Source of the DNA: Asterionella formosa
Lineage: Eukaryota
DNA: 64,000 bases
Direction of reading: 5' to 3'
Assembly (NCBI GenBank): GCA_002256025.1
Contig: NKIB01004673.1
Location: forward strand, 1-64,000
The number at the start of each line of letters is the position of its first letter. Positions within the stretch are counted from its first letter, which is position 1. The notes beneath the pieces are model-generated. The model did no database searches. It worked only from the letters and a program-made list of their open reading frames with translations, and had not been told where the DNA came from. Made by a program: the position numbers and the translations under genes. Shown one piece after another: positions 1 to 11,268 of the stretch.

Positions 1-183
1 TGTCTCTGCTTCTAGCCTTCCTGCTAGATAGACTAATTGACCTTCCTGTCAATTAACACACTGTTTCCTCGGTTGATAATCTAAATCTCAAATTAAATTA
101 TAAGCTAAACTAAATGTTTCCTTTCCATGCATCTTTGCTTCCTGCAAAGTCATTCTAAGACTCTCTTCGAGTTTCCACTTAAC

Positions 184-311
184 ATTTCCATAGAAATCTT
201 CAATCTCTGATCTCGTTAGACAGCTGATTGACGTGGCAATGCAATATTCGACTCGTTCGATTACAATCGAGTCCACAATCCTTGTGACTCGGGCTAATAT
301 TCTTGACACTG
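184..311. repeat. Dispersed repeat A, copy 1 (other copy 50263-50391)
   Basis: atttccatagaaatcttcaatct...gacagctgattgac...ttcgactcgttcgattacaatcgagtccacaatccttgt...actcgggctaatat is nearly identical at both sites, in the same orientation. Confidence 0.9.
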
Positions 312-445
312 TTGGACCACCGGGTAAACCATCCTCGCCAGCAGCTACTTGCAATTTGGAGTAACACAGTTCAATTCTTGTTCTCTACATTCATATATTT
401 CTTTCTCATTTACCTGATCATTTCTTCGCCGCCGTCGCCGCCGCT

Positions 446-1936
446 ATGGCCAACACAACGGGACCGAAACGCCTTGAGTATTCCAGGCGTCTCGATTCAA
501 TGGAACAGTCCTCGGAAAGTCTCCCAGAAGGTTTACTTGACGATGCGGAACTTATTGCTCCACTTGGGGCTCCACTTGATGAGACATCTCCTTCGTCCGC
601 AAATGCTGAGAAATGCAAGCCTAGTCCATTTATTTTTCCTGACAATAACTCCAGAAAAACCCCTGAAATTTGTCAAGATTACCTGCCGCGAGCTGAAACC
701 GACGAATTGCGTAGCAGCATATTTTCTCTCGGGTTCAATCTTGATACCGGTAGAGTGCCAAGTTGGCAACAACAACCTGCTCCGTCAACATCCACGTTTG
801 CCTCCTTAATTACGGAGCCATTTCGATTCTTATCTCGAAAGCTCTCCAAATCATCGCACTCGAGTACAGGGGATACCAACAGTAATGTCAACTCGGAACA
901 AAATCCACCAGCAATGCCCCGGCCGGCTTCGGCAAGCAGGTCATCGTCACGATCCGTTTCTGATCTGTTCCGAGCAGCCATTGGTTCCTTTGGGGGATCA
1001 AATGGAAGTATTGACGTTTCACCTAAGCATACTACACGATTTAATTCAAAAGAGATTGCTCCACCCGTGACAGAGGCGGCTGGGATTTTAGTCTTGGCGA
1101 ACGATGTTACCATCAACGATGTACTTTGCGACATTGCTGTCAATGGTGATCATGAAGGGAACAAGTCTTTGCATAGCACAGTGAACCAAGCTTGTAAAAG
1201 TTATCGAGGCAAGCTAGTTTCATTAGCGATCAAGAAACAAATATGCTCTGGCGTTGTCAACTTCACACTTAAGAAGAACGGACGATTCTTGAAAGTTTTT
1301 GATAACGACTGCTGGATTGTCATGAGTCATGACGATGCACTGCAAGTAACAATGCAACAAGTTTTATTGGAAATCGACAACAGTACCACGCCGCCGCTAC
1401 TTGCTCAGCCAACTCGAGCCCATTCTCCGGAGTCACCTCGGTCTTTATCGATAATTTCTCCCCTGGCAGTGGCGACCGAAACAACTCAAAATAATCAATT
1501 TGATATGCCGCCTTCGAAACGAAGAAAGTCAGATGAAAACACGAATCCTTCTGGAAAGATGAATATTTCATTTCAAGGCTCTGGAAGCACGGGGAAGCAG
1601 ATGCTAAGCAATGAAGGAGAGACTGTGCTTGAAGCGGATATAAGGAAAAAAGACATTCTCTGTGCTCGTGGAGGCAAGTCAAATCACCATGTAGGTAATA
1701 AGTGGTACCGAGACGTAATTAATAGAACTCGTCCACAATACCACGATGAAAGTCTCAACAAGAGACAAAAAACTGATATGAGCAAGGGCGTTGTGGATTA
1801 TATCCATGAGCAGGGCGGTCGCTTCTTGAAGGGGAATGAGAGAAGCAAGGGCTGGGTTGTCATGAGTCATGCTGAGGCAAGAAGGAAGGTAGCACAGCTG
1901 TTGCGAGAATCCAAAGAATTGAAATGGACGGGGTGA
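446..1936 (+). CDS. DUF6824-family protein with two copies of the domain and a low-complexity N-terminus
   Basis: 496-aa ORF. The C-terminal DILCARGGKSNHHVGNKWYRDVI...KGVVDYIHEQGGRFLK...W...ARRKVAQLLRE matches the diatom DUF6824 pattern. A degenerate copy lies upstream (DVLCD...HEGN...KNGRFLK...WIVMSH). Confidence 0.8.
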   Translation: MANTTGPKRLEYSRRLDSMEQSSESLPEGLLDDAELIAPLGAPLDETSPSSANAEKCKPSPFIFPDNNSRKTPEICQDYLPRAETDELRSSIFSLGFNLDTGRVPSWQQQPAPSTSTFASLITEPFRFLSRKLSKSSHSSTGDTNSNVNSEQNPPAMPRPASASRSSSRSVSDLFRAAIGSFGGSNGSIDVSPKHTTRFNSKEIAPPVTEAAGILVLANDVTINDVLCDIAVNGDHEGNKSLHSTVNQACKSYRGKLVSLAIKKQICSGVVNFTLKKNGRFLKVFDNDCWIVMSHDDALQVTMQQVLLEIDNSTTPPLLAQPTRAHSPESPRSLSIISPLAVATETTQNNQFDMPPSKRRKSDENTNPSGKMNISFQGSGSTGKQMLSNEGETVLEADIRKKDILCARGGKSNHHVGNKWYRDVINRTRPQYHDESLNKRQKTDMSKGVVDYIHEQGGRFLKGNERSKGWVVMSHAEARRKVAQLLRESKELKWTG

Positions 1937-2316
1937 ATCATCTGAATTCGTCGTCGGAAATTTTTATGCATGACATGTATACTGTGATTAGAAGCTAAGC
2001 CAATCGTAATCATTGTTTATTCATCACTTGTGTGCAAAATGGGTGATGGTCGTGAGATCGACTATTATTACCATGTATCTCCGTCAATAAACAATAAACC
2101 GGGATTTGGAAGCCTTGTCATGCCTGATCCATTGAGAACATAACATTGCCAAACAAGGAGGGAAGAAACCTTAAGGCGAGAGCAGCGCATCTCCTGATAC
2201 AACTAAGAGACTATAGTTTCGATTGAGTAGATAGTACTTGATAGGAAGTGAGAATTAGGAATGAACTAGATAATGCTACCGACTACTGTGAACCAACACA
2301 TAATTTATATCTTAGT

Positions 2317-3603
2317 CTAGTGGGCGGGCATCTCATCTCTTGTCAGTACATTAGGCGCCGAGTAAACCGAAATAATGGCAGCATTGTTGTTTTTTTCCTT
2401 GACGAGCTCTGCCCAACCCATGAAGAATACCCAACGTGGCTGACTGGCAAGCTGGCTAGCTGTTGGCAATTGATCGCACTCACCAATGGCGATAGGCTTG
2501 TTCCCTGCGATGGCAAGCATTGCATTGTACTTCTCGTTAGTGTAGCCGTCTCCATTATAGAAATCGAGGCTCATCACATCCCAGTAGGCATCGCCTGGGT
2601 TGTAGTCATTCCAGTTGGTGTTGGGTATGTCCTGGACACTCCAGACCCACACGATGTTGTCGAGCCCTTTCACTTTCGTGAGATAGTCACGAGTGATACG
2701 AAACAGCGCTGCGGAACCGCGACTACCCGCTTTGCTCCACCAGAAAACACCCTGGTTCATCTCATGATGTGGACGAAAGAGAGTGCTAATTCCCGCATTC
2801 TTGAGCTGCTGGAAGTAGGGCGCAATCGCATCGAGACGCGACTTCCACACTCTGTTCAGCGATCCTCCATCGGTGATCAAGTCCTCCCACTGGGAATCTG
2901 TGAGCTTGCTCTTGATACTTGTTCCAGTGCCCTCCCATTCGCAGGCTTCCCCCGAAGTTGGAGGGCATGCGTGGTACAGTAGGTTGATGATGGCGCCACC
3001 ACGCCAGCCATTAATCAAATTATTGATAACGTTCTGGCGATTCCGGATGGACGACGACTGATAGAGGAAGTCTCCACTCCAGAAGGCAGGGGAGCGACCC
3101 GTAATTTGAGTCATTTGAGCAATGAAATCTCCAATTTCAGCCTCACGGTTGTGATGCCCTGCCATGGTCTTGCTTCCCGAGATGCTCTGAAGGAAGCCGA
3201 GGAGCTTGCCACGCGGGGTTGAGGGTAGTGGTGATGGTGGTGGTGGTGGTGGTGGAGTAGATCCGTTGACACAAATGGCTGCGTTAAAGCCACCATTCAG
3301 AGGCGTGCACTTCAGCTTGCCATCGTTCGAGTACCTGGAGCTGCAGCAGCCGTTTTGGCATGCAGAACTTGAGGAGCAGAATGCCCAGTCCCCGAGTGCT
3401 GAGCCTGCTACACAGATAGCAGGGTTGAAGCCACCAACAGGAGTACACTTCAACTTGCCGTCGTTCGAGTACTTGGAGCTGCAGCATCCGTTGTTGCACT
3501 GAGAGCTGGATGAACAGAATACCCAATCTCCAAGCTTCTGGCTTCTGACATGAGACACAAGGAAGAAGAGGAAGGCAATGGCGAGTCGGATCAATGAAAT
3601 CAT
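2317..3603 (-). CDS. Secreted glycoside hydrolase family 26 (beta-mannanase-like) with two N-terminal Cys-rich repeats and a Pro-rich linker
   Basis: Signal peptide MISLIRLAIAFLFFLVSHVRS from the ATG at 3603. GH26 motifs: FRPHHEMNQGVFWW (acid/base Glu), WVWS, DVMSLDFY, KPIAIGEC (nucleophile Glu). No introns. Confidence 0.9.
   Translation of the reverse strand: MISLIRLAIAFLFFLVSHVRSQKLGDWVFCSSSSQCNNGCCSSKYSNDGKLKCTPVGGFNPAICVAGSALGDWAFCSSSSACQNGCCSSRYSNDGKLKCTPLNGGFNAAICVNGSTPPPPPPPSPLPSTPRGKLLGFLQSISGSKTMAGHHNREAEIGDFIAQMTQITGRSPAFWSGDFLYQSSSIRNRQNVINNLINGWRGGAIINLLYHACPPTSGEACEWEGTGTSIKSKLTDSQWEDLITDGGSLNRVWKSRLDAIAPYFQQLKNAGISTLFRPHHEMNQGVFWWSKAGSRGSAALFRITRDYLTKVKGLDNIVWVWSVQDIPNTNWNDYNPGDAYWDVMSLDFYNGDGYTNEKYNAMLAIAGNKPIAIGECDQLPTASQLASQPRWVFFMGWAELVKEKNNNAAIISVYSAPNVLTRDEMPAH
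3268..3534 (-). repeat. Two tandem 42-43 aa six-Cys modules inside the GH26 gene
   Basis: LGDWVFCSSSSQCNNGCCSSKYSNDGKLKCTPVGGFNPAICV (3534-3409) and LGDWAFCSSSSACQNGCCSSRYSNDGKLKCTPLNGGFNAAICV (3396-3268). Confidence 0.95.
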
Positions 3604-6048
3604 GATGATGAGCACAAGATGGCGGATAGAATATTGATTCAGATAATCGCAAACTATGATTTGTGAGAAGATGAGATTTGAAAAATAATTTGTAGGCTGT
3701 GGGCTACATTGTTGGATTACTGACGCATACACTTACTGGTGTAATTCGTCTTGCATCTCATGACTTCAAATCAAATAATTAAGTCATACTACCGTAAATA
3801 TCAAATCATGAAACTCAGTAATATTGCGGCACTCGACAATAACGGGAAAAGCATTGAATCCTGTTGCAGTCATGATTCTGATGAGAGGGAAAAAGATGCA
3901 TACTAAAAATAAGTCATGCCAATGGTGTTTGATGGCACAGACAGTACACATACCGGTAGCTATAGTATGATCGAAGAACATACCTACCGGTACCGGGAGT
4001 ATTTATGTCGGATTTCGCTCATCCTTAATTATATTTATACGAACTTTTTATGTATGACCTGTAAAATTCATTTATTTATATCGGTAGAGTATAATAATGA
4101 TGATCAGGATATAAAATGACATGAATAAAGCCTCGGGGATGTACGGGAAACTCCGTACTTCCTCGCTATGCTTTCTTGTTTGGATGGTGAACATATCATG
4201 ACTGTAACATGAATACTGCTATTCCTGCTATTGTTGGGTGCAATATTACTGAGTTCCATGATTTGATATTGACTTCATTATACTATGACTTGGAGTCAGG
4301 AGATCAAGATGACTTCTTACCGGTACACACAAGAAGGGGAATCTTGTATTGAAATGGTGTATTTTAGCGTCAGGGTTTTTGCTAAGAATACAAGGCCAAT
4401 GGGGACTATGTACCTGTTGGTTGCCCCAGAAATTGCATCGTCCGCCGACCAGCCATATCTTAGAAAGTACCAGGTACCACTATGAGCGATATGATGTATC
4501 ATAAATTGTCTCCTTCCAACAATAAAACAGTCTGACTTTTTGAGATGCATCATTGTGGGTCGTGGTCTGACTCTACCGGTATGTTTTGAGGAGGCAGGGT
4601 GCTTGAGCAAAGTACATCGGGTAGCCGCCCATACATAACTTGTAGTATCATGTCGGAAATTTAGCATCACCAAATATTTGTTTTGCATACATATATGTAG
4701 AGTCGTTTTATTCGATGTTCATTTCAGCATTAGTGAATGTGTTTGAATATACCAGTTGTTAATAATGAATCATGATGACTCTCATAGCAACACATGCATG
4801 CCATTCATGCTCAGCCACAACCTTGCACTTGATCACCTCTCTCACCATGATGAATACCTCCATTTGTCATTGTTTGATCCTCACCATCAAAGCCTTGCTA
4901 TATTATCAACCAGCAATGTCTCCTTCCTCATTGAGAACAGTCCTGGCCACTCTTGGTGAAAGGTTGTACCATTTGTTCCATGTTCCATGGGATTGTTTGA
5001 TGCATGGAATTGATTTTCAGTTAAGAAGGGAAAGAAATAGGAAAAGGAACAAGACCAACGATAACAAGACAAACAAATCAAGGCACAGAAGTAAATCCTT
5101 GCATGTCGGCATAAATCCAAGCCCATGTCCAAATAGTACAAAGAGACAACTTGTCAAAATTGCCAAAAGCTTGCAGAGGTGAATGTCTATTCATATCAAT
5201 AAAAGTACAAGGATAGGAGGAAGATATCTACAATTTTCAACAAGACATCTTGATCTCATGACTCCATCATATAATGAATTCAAATTTAAAAAGTTGTCTC
5301 CAGCATCCAATCAAACAGTTTGACTTTTTTAGATATAATTGTAAGTGGTATCCATTTGAAAAAATTAATGACAGTGCCAAGTGAATATTGATAAAGATGT
5401 GACTGCAAATATACCAAACCTTTCTTACAACAGCCAGCCAGCACCTCAAAACTATTTTTTAAAATTGAGTATGAACACCAGTTTAATTGATTGATTGCCG
5501 TGCTCATCCCAATTTTTTTATTAATGTGGATAAATTGTTCATTTTTCTCAAGGAACATTCAACTCGATCCATTTTGTGTCCCTTCTGGCCTTGCTTACAT
5601 CATATGTGACATGTCAACAGGAAATGGAAAACAGAACAGGAGCAAGGTGGTGTGGTTTGGTTTGGTGCTTGAGACTGTGTTGCTGCCCAACAACAAGACT
5701 TCCTGAACTTGTTGAATGGTGAGTGTGTTTCTTTATGCTGCTGTCATTATGAAAGAGTTACTGACATTCTGATGATATGAGAAAAATCTCAGGGCTATTA
5801 GATATCGTCAGGAGGAGAGAAAAGTGCGGTCTTGTATCGGTTAGCAATGCTTGTTCATTAAGGACAATTATGTTCTGAAATGATAGGTTTTATTACATAA
5901 TGAGTTTTTTGTGTTAATGCTATGATAGTTGAATAAGTATCTGAAATTATTTGAATGAAACCCCACCATAAATAATAACAATGCACAAAACTATTGAGTG
6001 AAACTTTTATTTTACTGCATTTGCTTTAGTTGGTGATTCTTAATGCTA

Positions 6049-7481
6049 CTATTCAAATTTACCACCAGTGCCTGGCGTGGATTTTGGTTCAATGACAATC
6101 CTCCCCATTTGCCGATCCAGAACTACCCTACGAATTTCTATATGTTCCTGAGGGATGCATACAAGAATGTCTTTCCAGTCCTTAATCACATCACCCCGTT
6201 TCCGAATAACATCTTCAGCGATCCGTTGTGGATCCACCAGCCCCACCTTCCCGCGTTCAGCAACTTCAGTAAACATGGGCGATGTCAACAGGAGCTCTTC
6301 AAAAAAATCATCAGCTCTCCCATAGCACTGGTCGCCATCAAAGTAAATTGCAGCTTTTGTGGTGTAAAATAAGCGAAACCAGTTAAACGAGACCTCACGC
6401 TCTGAGTCTCGTTGATAGTCTCGCAGGACACGATGAATACTTTCTTGGGTTGCCAAGAGAACTAGCAAATCGAAATTCCCGGCTCGAAAGGGTGATGAGT
6501 TGCTGTCGCCCATGGCAATCGAATTTGTGAAGGTGGTCATGGCATCCCGATCAAATACAAGGGACTCTCTATATTTTAGCGTATTGTCTTCACTTCCAAT
6601 GCCAGTTCCACCAACATTAGGCGTGTCCATATTATCAGTAGACTGCTGACGAGCGTCGATCTGTTTCGAAAGGTACGATGATAAGATGTTGTCATTCGCA
6701 GCCTTGACTGTGTCCAAATCCTTATAGAATTCGTGAGCCACTTGCTCTCTCACAGAAAGTATACGAGAAACAATGGAGGGTGGGTCAATATCGATGTTAA
6801 ACTCAACAAATCGCTACTCCGATGTTCGACCACAACAGGGTGAGCTAAATTGACATCATTGCAGCGCAACCCCTTGAGTGAGCAAAATGTAGGTATACAG
6901 TACGTACATCCGGTAAATATGGATTGTTTTTGGACCATCCACCATGTCCTCGTCCTCGTCGTTTAGCACTAACTACCACCACTTCATTGGGTAGTGCTAG
7001 CATATCTTTGAGCATGATATCCCAAGTGGGATACTTGGTCAGATTGAACGCTCCTGTCCCGTGCCACTTGTTGAGATTTTGAAAGCCAAAATTTTGCTGT
7101 ATCCCCGAGAACGGAAAGGATTTTGTGTAAGTTTTAATGGACTCCTATCATTGCAAAAAAGCCTCAAAAGCACAAAGTACGTTGCAAGTGTCGTTTCGAT
7201 TTTATCCTTCCACTTACTTCCAACCATCGGACTGTGTGGGGATCCCGACAAGACTCCAGTAGAAACGTAAAGGACTGAATGGCTCGTTGCGTCAAGAAGT
7301 TTCGCACACAAGTGCGAGCGACGTTGCGAGCGAGAGCATCTTGAAATTCGGAACCCCTGTCATCATCCGCCCATGCAAATAAGGGGCGAGTCGATGTTTG
7401 AATATTAGTAGGAATAACGAACGAGGAAGTCAATTTCGTTGTCAAAGCCACAGCAAGGGTCGCTATCAACAAAGATCGCAT
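6049..7481 (-). CDS. Plastid-targeted protein, 3 exons, with two RbcX-like helical segments
   Basis: Exon 1 7481-7218 (donor gtaagt), exon 2 7096 (or 7144)-6908 (donor gtacgt), exon 3 6813-6049; these join in frame. Bipartite presequence MRSLLIATLAVALTTKLTSS-FVIP. The gene model is solid; the RbcX likeness is my inference. Confidence 0.8.
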
Positions 7482-8184
7482 CTTATCACCAAGGAGTTTT
7501 CGTTATTAATGTGTCGAGTTTCCCAAAATCAGAACAGGTTCATTCGAGATCCAGCAATGTAACGACGTATGTTAGTACAGTACAACCTGATGGATAACTA
7601 TGAATAGAAAATGAAAAATAATGGCGTCAATGTATTTGGATGTCGTTCTCCATTTCCATCTGGCTCCATGTTCTCCAAGATCCGACCCAGGGCAGCATCG
7701 TCACAGGCGCATCCGGAAATTGAATGCCCTGTCCGGGTCATACCGGTACTGGTAGTTAGCTTCGTAGGAATACATAGCTATATACATGAATATTTATGTA
7801 TATTTATATAGCAATACTACTTAAAAGTACACGGGGGATGATCTGAAAATCAACACCATATTTCAATTTCGGAACGATAGTATGCTTGTTGTCTATATAC
7901 CTGTATGAATACTACAGTATAGCGAAATATAATACAATGACATACCGGTATATAGCGGTGTATTCCCAGGAATACATAATGGTAGCCATTCATGCATACC
8001 GGTACCATTATGCGTGAACAAAAGGCACGTGTAATAATAATGATTGATGATGATTAATGGTCATCAATTATCGCTGGTGGTGCAGTCACATTGCAACACA
8101 CAATTCCTTTCGCTCAACTACCGGTACTTCTAACCATACGCAAGTGGATCCTGGACAGCAGCTAGAAGGCAGAGACGTAGAACG

Positions 8185-9315
8185 ATGCCCTCAATCAAAG
8201 GAACCGCCAGCGTTGCAGATGACCACGCCATGGCGAAGTTACTGAAATCGACGAAATTCCCAGCATCGTTCGGAACCAAAGTGCAGCTATCCAAGATAAA
8301 CAGACCTGTCCTTTCACAATGGATAGAGCAACAGGTTTCCAAAATATTGGGATTTGAGGATGAGATTGTCTCGTCGACAGCAATCAATCTCTTTCTAGAT
8401 GGCGAGGCCGTCAACCCGCGACGGGCACAGTTGGATTTGGCTGGTTTTCTTGGAGAAGTCCAAGCTGCCACCTTTGCTCAATCCCTGTGGGACATGATGC
8501 TCGATGCACAGTCGAATCCGAAGGGGATTCCGAAGATTCTATTGGAAGAGAAGAAACTGGAACTAGCCAAACAGTTGCAGCAACAGGAACAACACAAACG
8601 CCAGGGAGAGCGAAACGACCCCCCTCGTGGTCAACGTGCTCCACCACCCCCCGGACGTTATCCACCTCCACAAAAAAACTTTCAAAACAACAATTACAAC
8701 CGTGGAAGTGAACCACCTCGTCGAAATCAAGCAGGAGGAAATTATGATGACCGACATGGCAACAACAACGACAGACGTCCCAACTACGACGGTCGACCAC
8801 CGCCACCAAGAGACTACCATCATCCTCATGATCGTCGCGACTATCAGGAACCGCATCGTTACAAAGAGCGTCGCGGGCCCGTACCCATTAGTCCGCCTCG
8901 GTCAAATGACGACCGCAAACCATCAGCTCGCGACGAATTTAACCGGAATGTTGTGAACGCGGAAGGACCGTTGCGACCACCCAGCGATCGTGGCATTCGG
9001 AGACGTGATGAAAATGGGCGGCGTCGCAGACGAGATGAAAGCAGTAGTAGTAGCAGCAGCAGCAGCAGCGAGTCTAGTGCAGAAACCGACAACAGCAGTG
9101 ACTTGCATCGACGCCGTCGCAAACGTCGAGCGCGATCGCATGACTCGAGCAATGAGGATCGCCATCGAAGCAGGCATCGCCCTGATCAGAGAAGGTATCG
9201 AAGTCGAAGCCCTGATCGACGAACCAGTAATCATCGAACCAGAGATGCGGATCTTGCTCGAAGCAATAGGAGTCGTCGGGACCGGTCCTATAGTCGAAGT
9301 GATTCAGAAGATTGA
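8185..9315 (+). CDS. PWI-domain, RS/RD-rich splicing factor (SRRM1/SRm160-like)
   Basis: KFPASFGTKVQLSKINRPVLSQWIEQQVSKILGFEDEIV...LAGFL...FAQSLWDMMLDAQSNPKGIP is a PWI domain, followed by an Arg/Ser/Asp-rich tail. Confidence 0.88.
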   Translation: MPSIKGTASVADDHAMAKLLKSTKFPASFGTKVQLSKINRPVLSQWIEQQVSKILGFEDEIVSSTAINLFLDGEAVNPRRAQLDLAGFLGEVQAATFAQSLWDMMLDAQSNPKGIPKILLEEKKLELAKQLQQQEQHKRQGERNDPPRGQRAPPPPGRYPPPQKNFQNNNYNRGSEPPRRNQAGGNYDDRHGNNNDRRPNYDGRPPPPRDYHHPHDRRDYQEPHRYKERRGPVPISPPRSNDDRKPSARDEFNRNVVNAEGPLRPPSDRGIRRRDENGRRRRRDESSSSSSSSSSESSAETDNSSDLHRRRRKRRARSHDSSNEDRHRSRHRPDQRRYRSRSPDRRTSNHRTRDADLARSNRSRRDRSYSRSDSED

Positions 9316-11029
9316 GCTGAGGGCACTGGTGGTTTTTCGTACCTCATGCTATGTTTTCAAGATTCTATTGCAATTGAAATATCGTCTGGCGCTTTTAGTT
9401 AGGTCTAGCCCCATGCTTCCAGGGAACTGTATTGAATTAAAAGTTGATCCCTGATGCTAAAACAATCAGTTAAATCCTTCAATTGAAAGTCAGGTAAGGG
9501 AAAAAGGTGGAATCCCAGTACAAGAATAGGGCGGATGGCGGCTCCAGTTTGAGTATTTTCGAGTGTGTTGTTTGCGATTGTTTGTTTACATAAAAAAGAA
9601 CTGGGAAATGATATTAGGGGCGATCTTAATAGAGATACAAATTATTTATTATGATTGTATCTTCAGAGATATATTTCGCAAATATATGCATCAGTAATGG
9701 CAAAACAGTTGGCCGGTTTTTTTTGTGTCTCTGCAAACAAGTGCATCAGACTCAGCATTCGAATTAATCACTATTTTTATCGCAGTAAAAGCCACAAAGG
9801 ATAAAGACTGATTTCCATGACTTTTGCAAGAAAGGTGGTAGCATCGATGTTCAAAGCCTTGGCAACACTTGTATCTAAAAGAGCACAACAAGTTCTGTTG
9901 TCATGTGAAAACTGTGCAGAGGCAACATTTCCTCATCATGATGCGTTACAGGATTAAATAGGAATCAATGACATACGGAAAGCTCTGATATATCCACCAT
10001 ACAGGACATGTTATTTTTTACGAAATATAACATAATTAACCAGCTGGACATATAACAAAACTTGCAAAATGTATTAAGACCAGATTCTTCTGTTGCAGGA
10101 TACAAGCCAATGGATTAAATTTTAGGAGCATCATGTTTTATGAAAGATTACTGACAAAGGGAGAAAAGGTACCTGCTATGCAGCATGGTATAAATTAATT
10201 ATAAATGTTTGATGGACAACAAAATATCCTGAAGTACAATCCATTTATAGGTTCAAGATCAGGACCCACCGCAATTCAAAAACATTAATCTTCATGTATA
10301 TACAGCAGCCACCAATCCTGGGTTTGCTAATGAAATGGGAATGGAATACAATGAAGCTTATGCATTCTTAGACAAAGAAAGAAATGAGACCGGAATCAGG
10401 CCTTGAAATGTATGGGATGATATATTGAATCCACCTATGCATTTTAAAACATCCCGTGCTACAATAGCGGCGATATCCAGCCTGTAATTATCCTGTAAAT
10501 AACAAATTTTATCTAGGCAATGACTGATGTAAGACACATTCAATGTGCCGTCATTAAAAAAAATATATATATATTATAAAAATAGCATTGCTATTGTCGA
10601 ACATAATTCTGTTGAGGCGATCTGTTCAGCATTTTGCTGGGGTTAAGACACAAAGGCGACTGGCTGCTGACCAACAGGAGCGTTCATGACTATTAAAATA
10701 AACTGGTCAGATTCATAAAAGTCGGCAGGTATGGCCCTCGGCACAGTACCCTAAACAGACATCATCATAGGGTTAACCCATGGATTTTTAGAAAACATGC
10801 ACGGAAGAAGAAGATGGACAAAGTTAGCTGTGTTAGTATGATAATTCTCTCTGTGTAGAATTTCCACGCCAGAGGAACGTGAACAGGAACAGGTTTAGTA
10901 GCTAGTGTTAGTAATGTTATCTCGATGGGCCTTATGTTTGACCGGTGTTGTTTCACTATCCCTTGCGATGCCGGCTGCATTAAAATGCATGTGCCCTGCC
11001 ATAACCACTTACTGAAAAATTATCGTGTA

Positions 11030-11268
11030 AAAATTGAGGCTTGACATGCTTTTTTCTTGATACATCACACGACTGCATTTAGCAATGCGGAGACGATCTT
11101 TTGTTAAAAATTGACACTAGTCACGCTTGGTTTCTTGATGCATCACAAGATTGTCATCCACTTCAACTATTTTTTGACGATTTTGTGTTAGAAAATTGAC
11201 ACCAGGCACGCGCGTTCTCTTGACATAAAATGATAGCCTTCAGCGATGCGAAGACGATGTTGTGTTAT
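11030..11268. repeat. Three degenerate tandem units of about 77-84 bp
   Basis: Each unit starts with aaaattga, contains tcttga and ends gacgat..tgtta. Units start near 11030, 11107 and 11192. Confidence 0.7.

Noticed and set aside
2248..2982. 244-aa plus-strand ORF, and its 122-aa twin at 40117-40485 on the minus strand
   Set aside because: These are antisense shadows of the GH26 gene and its pseudogene fragment.
3604..3732. N-terminal extension of the GH26 ORF
   Set aside because: It uses a non-ATG start, and a clear signal peptide begins at the ATG at 3603.
4690..5990. Possible transposase or gene relics here and at about 9600-10950, 28000-31900 and 44400-45850
   Set aside because: The composition suggests decayed repeats, but I could not read any diagnostic motif.
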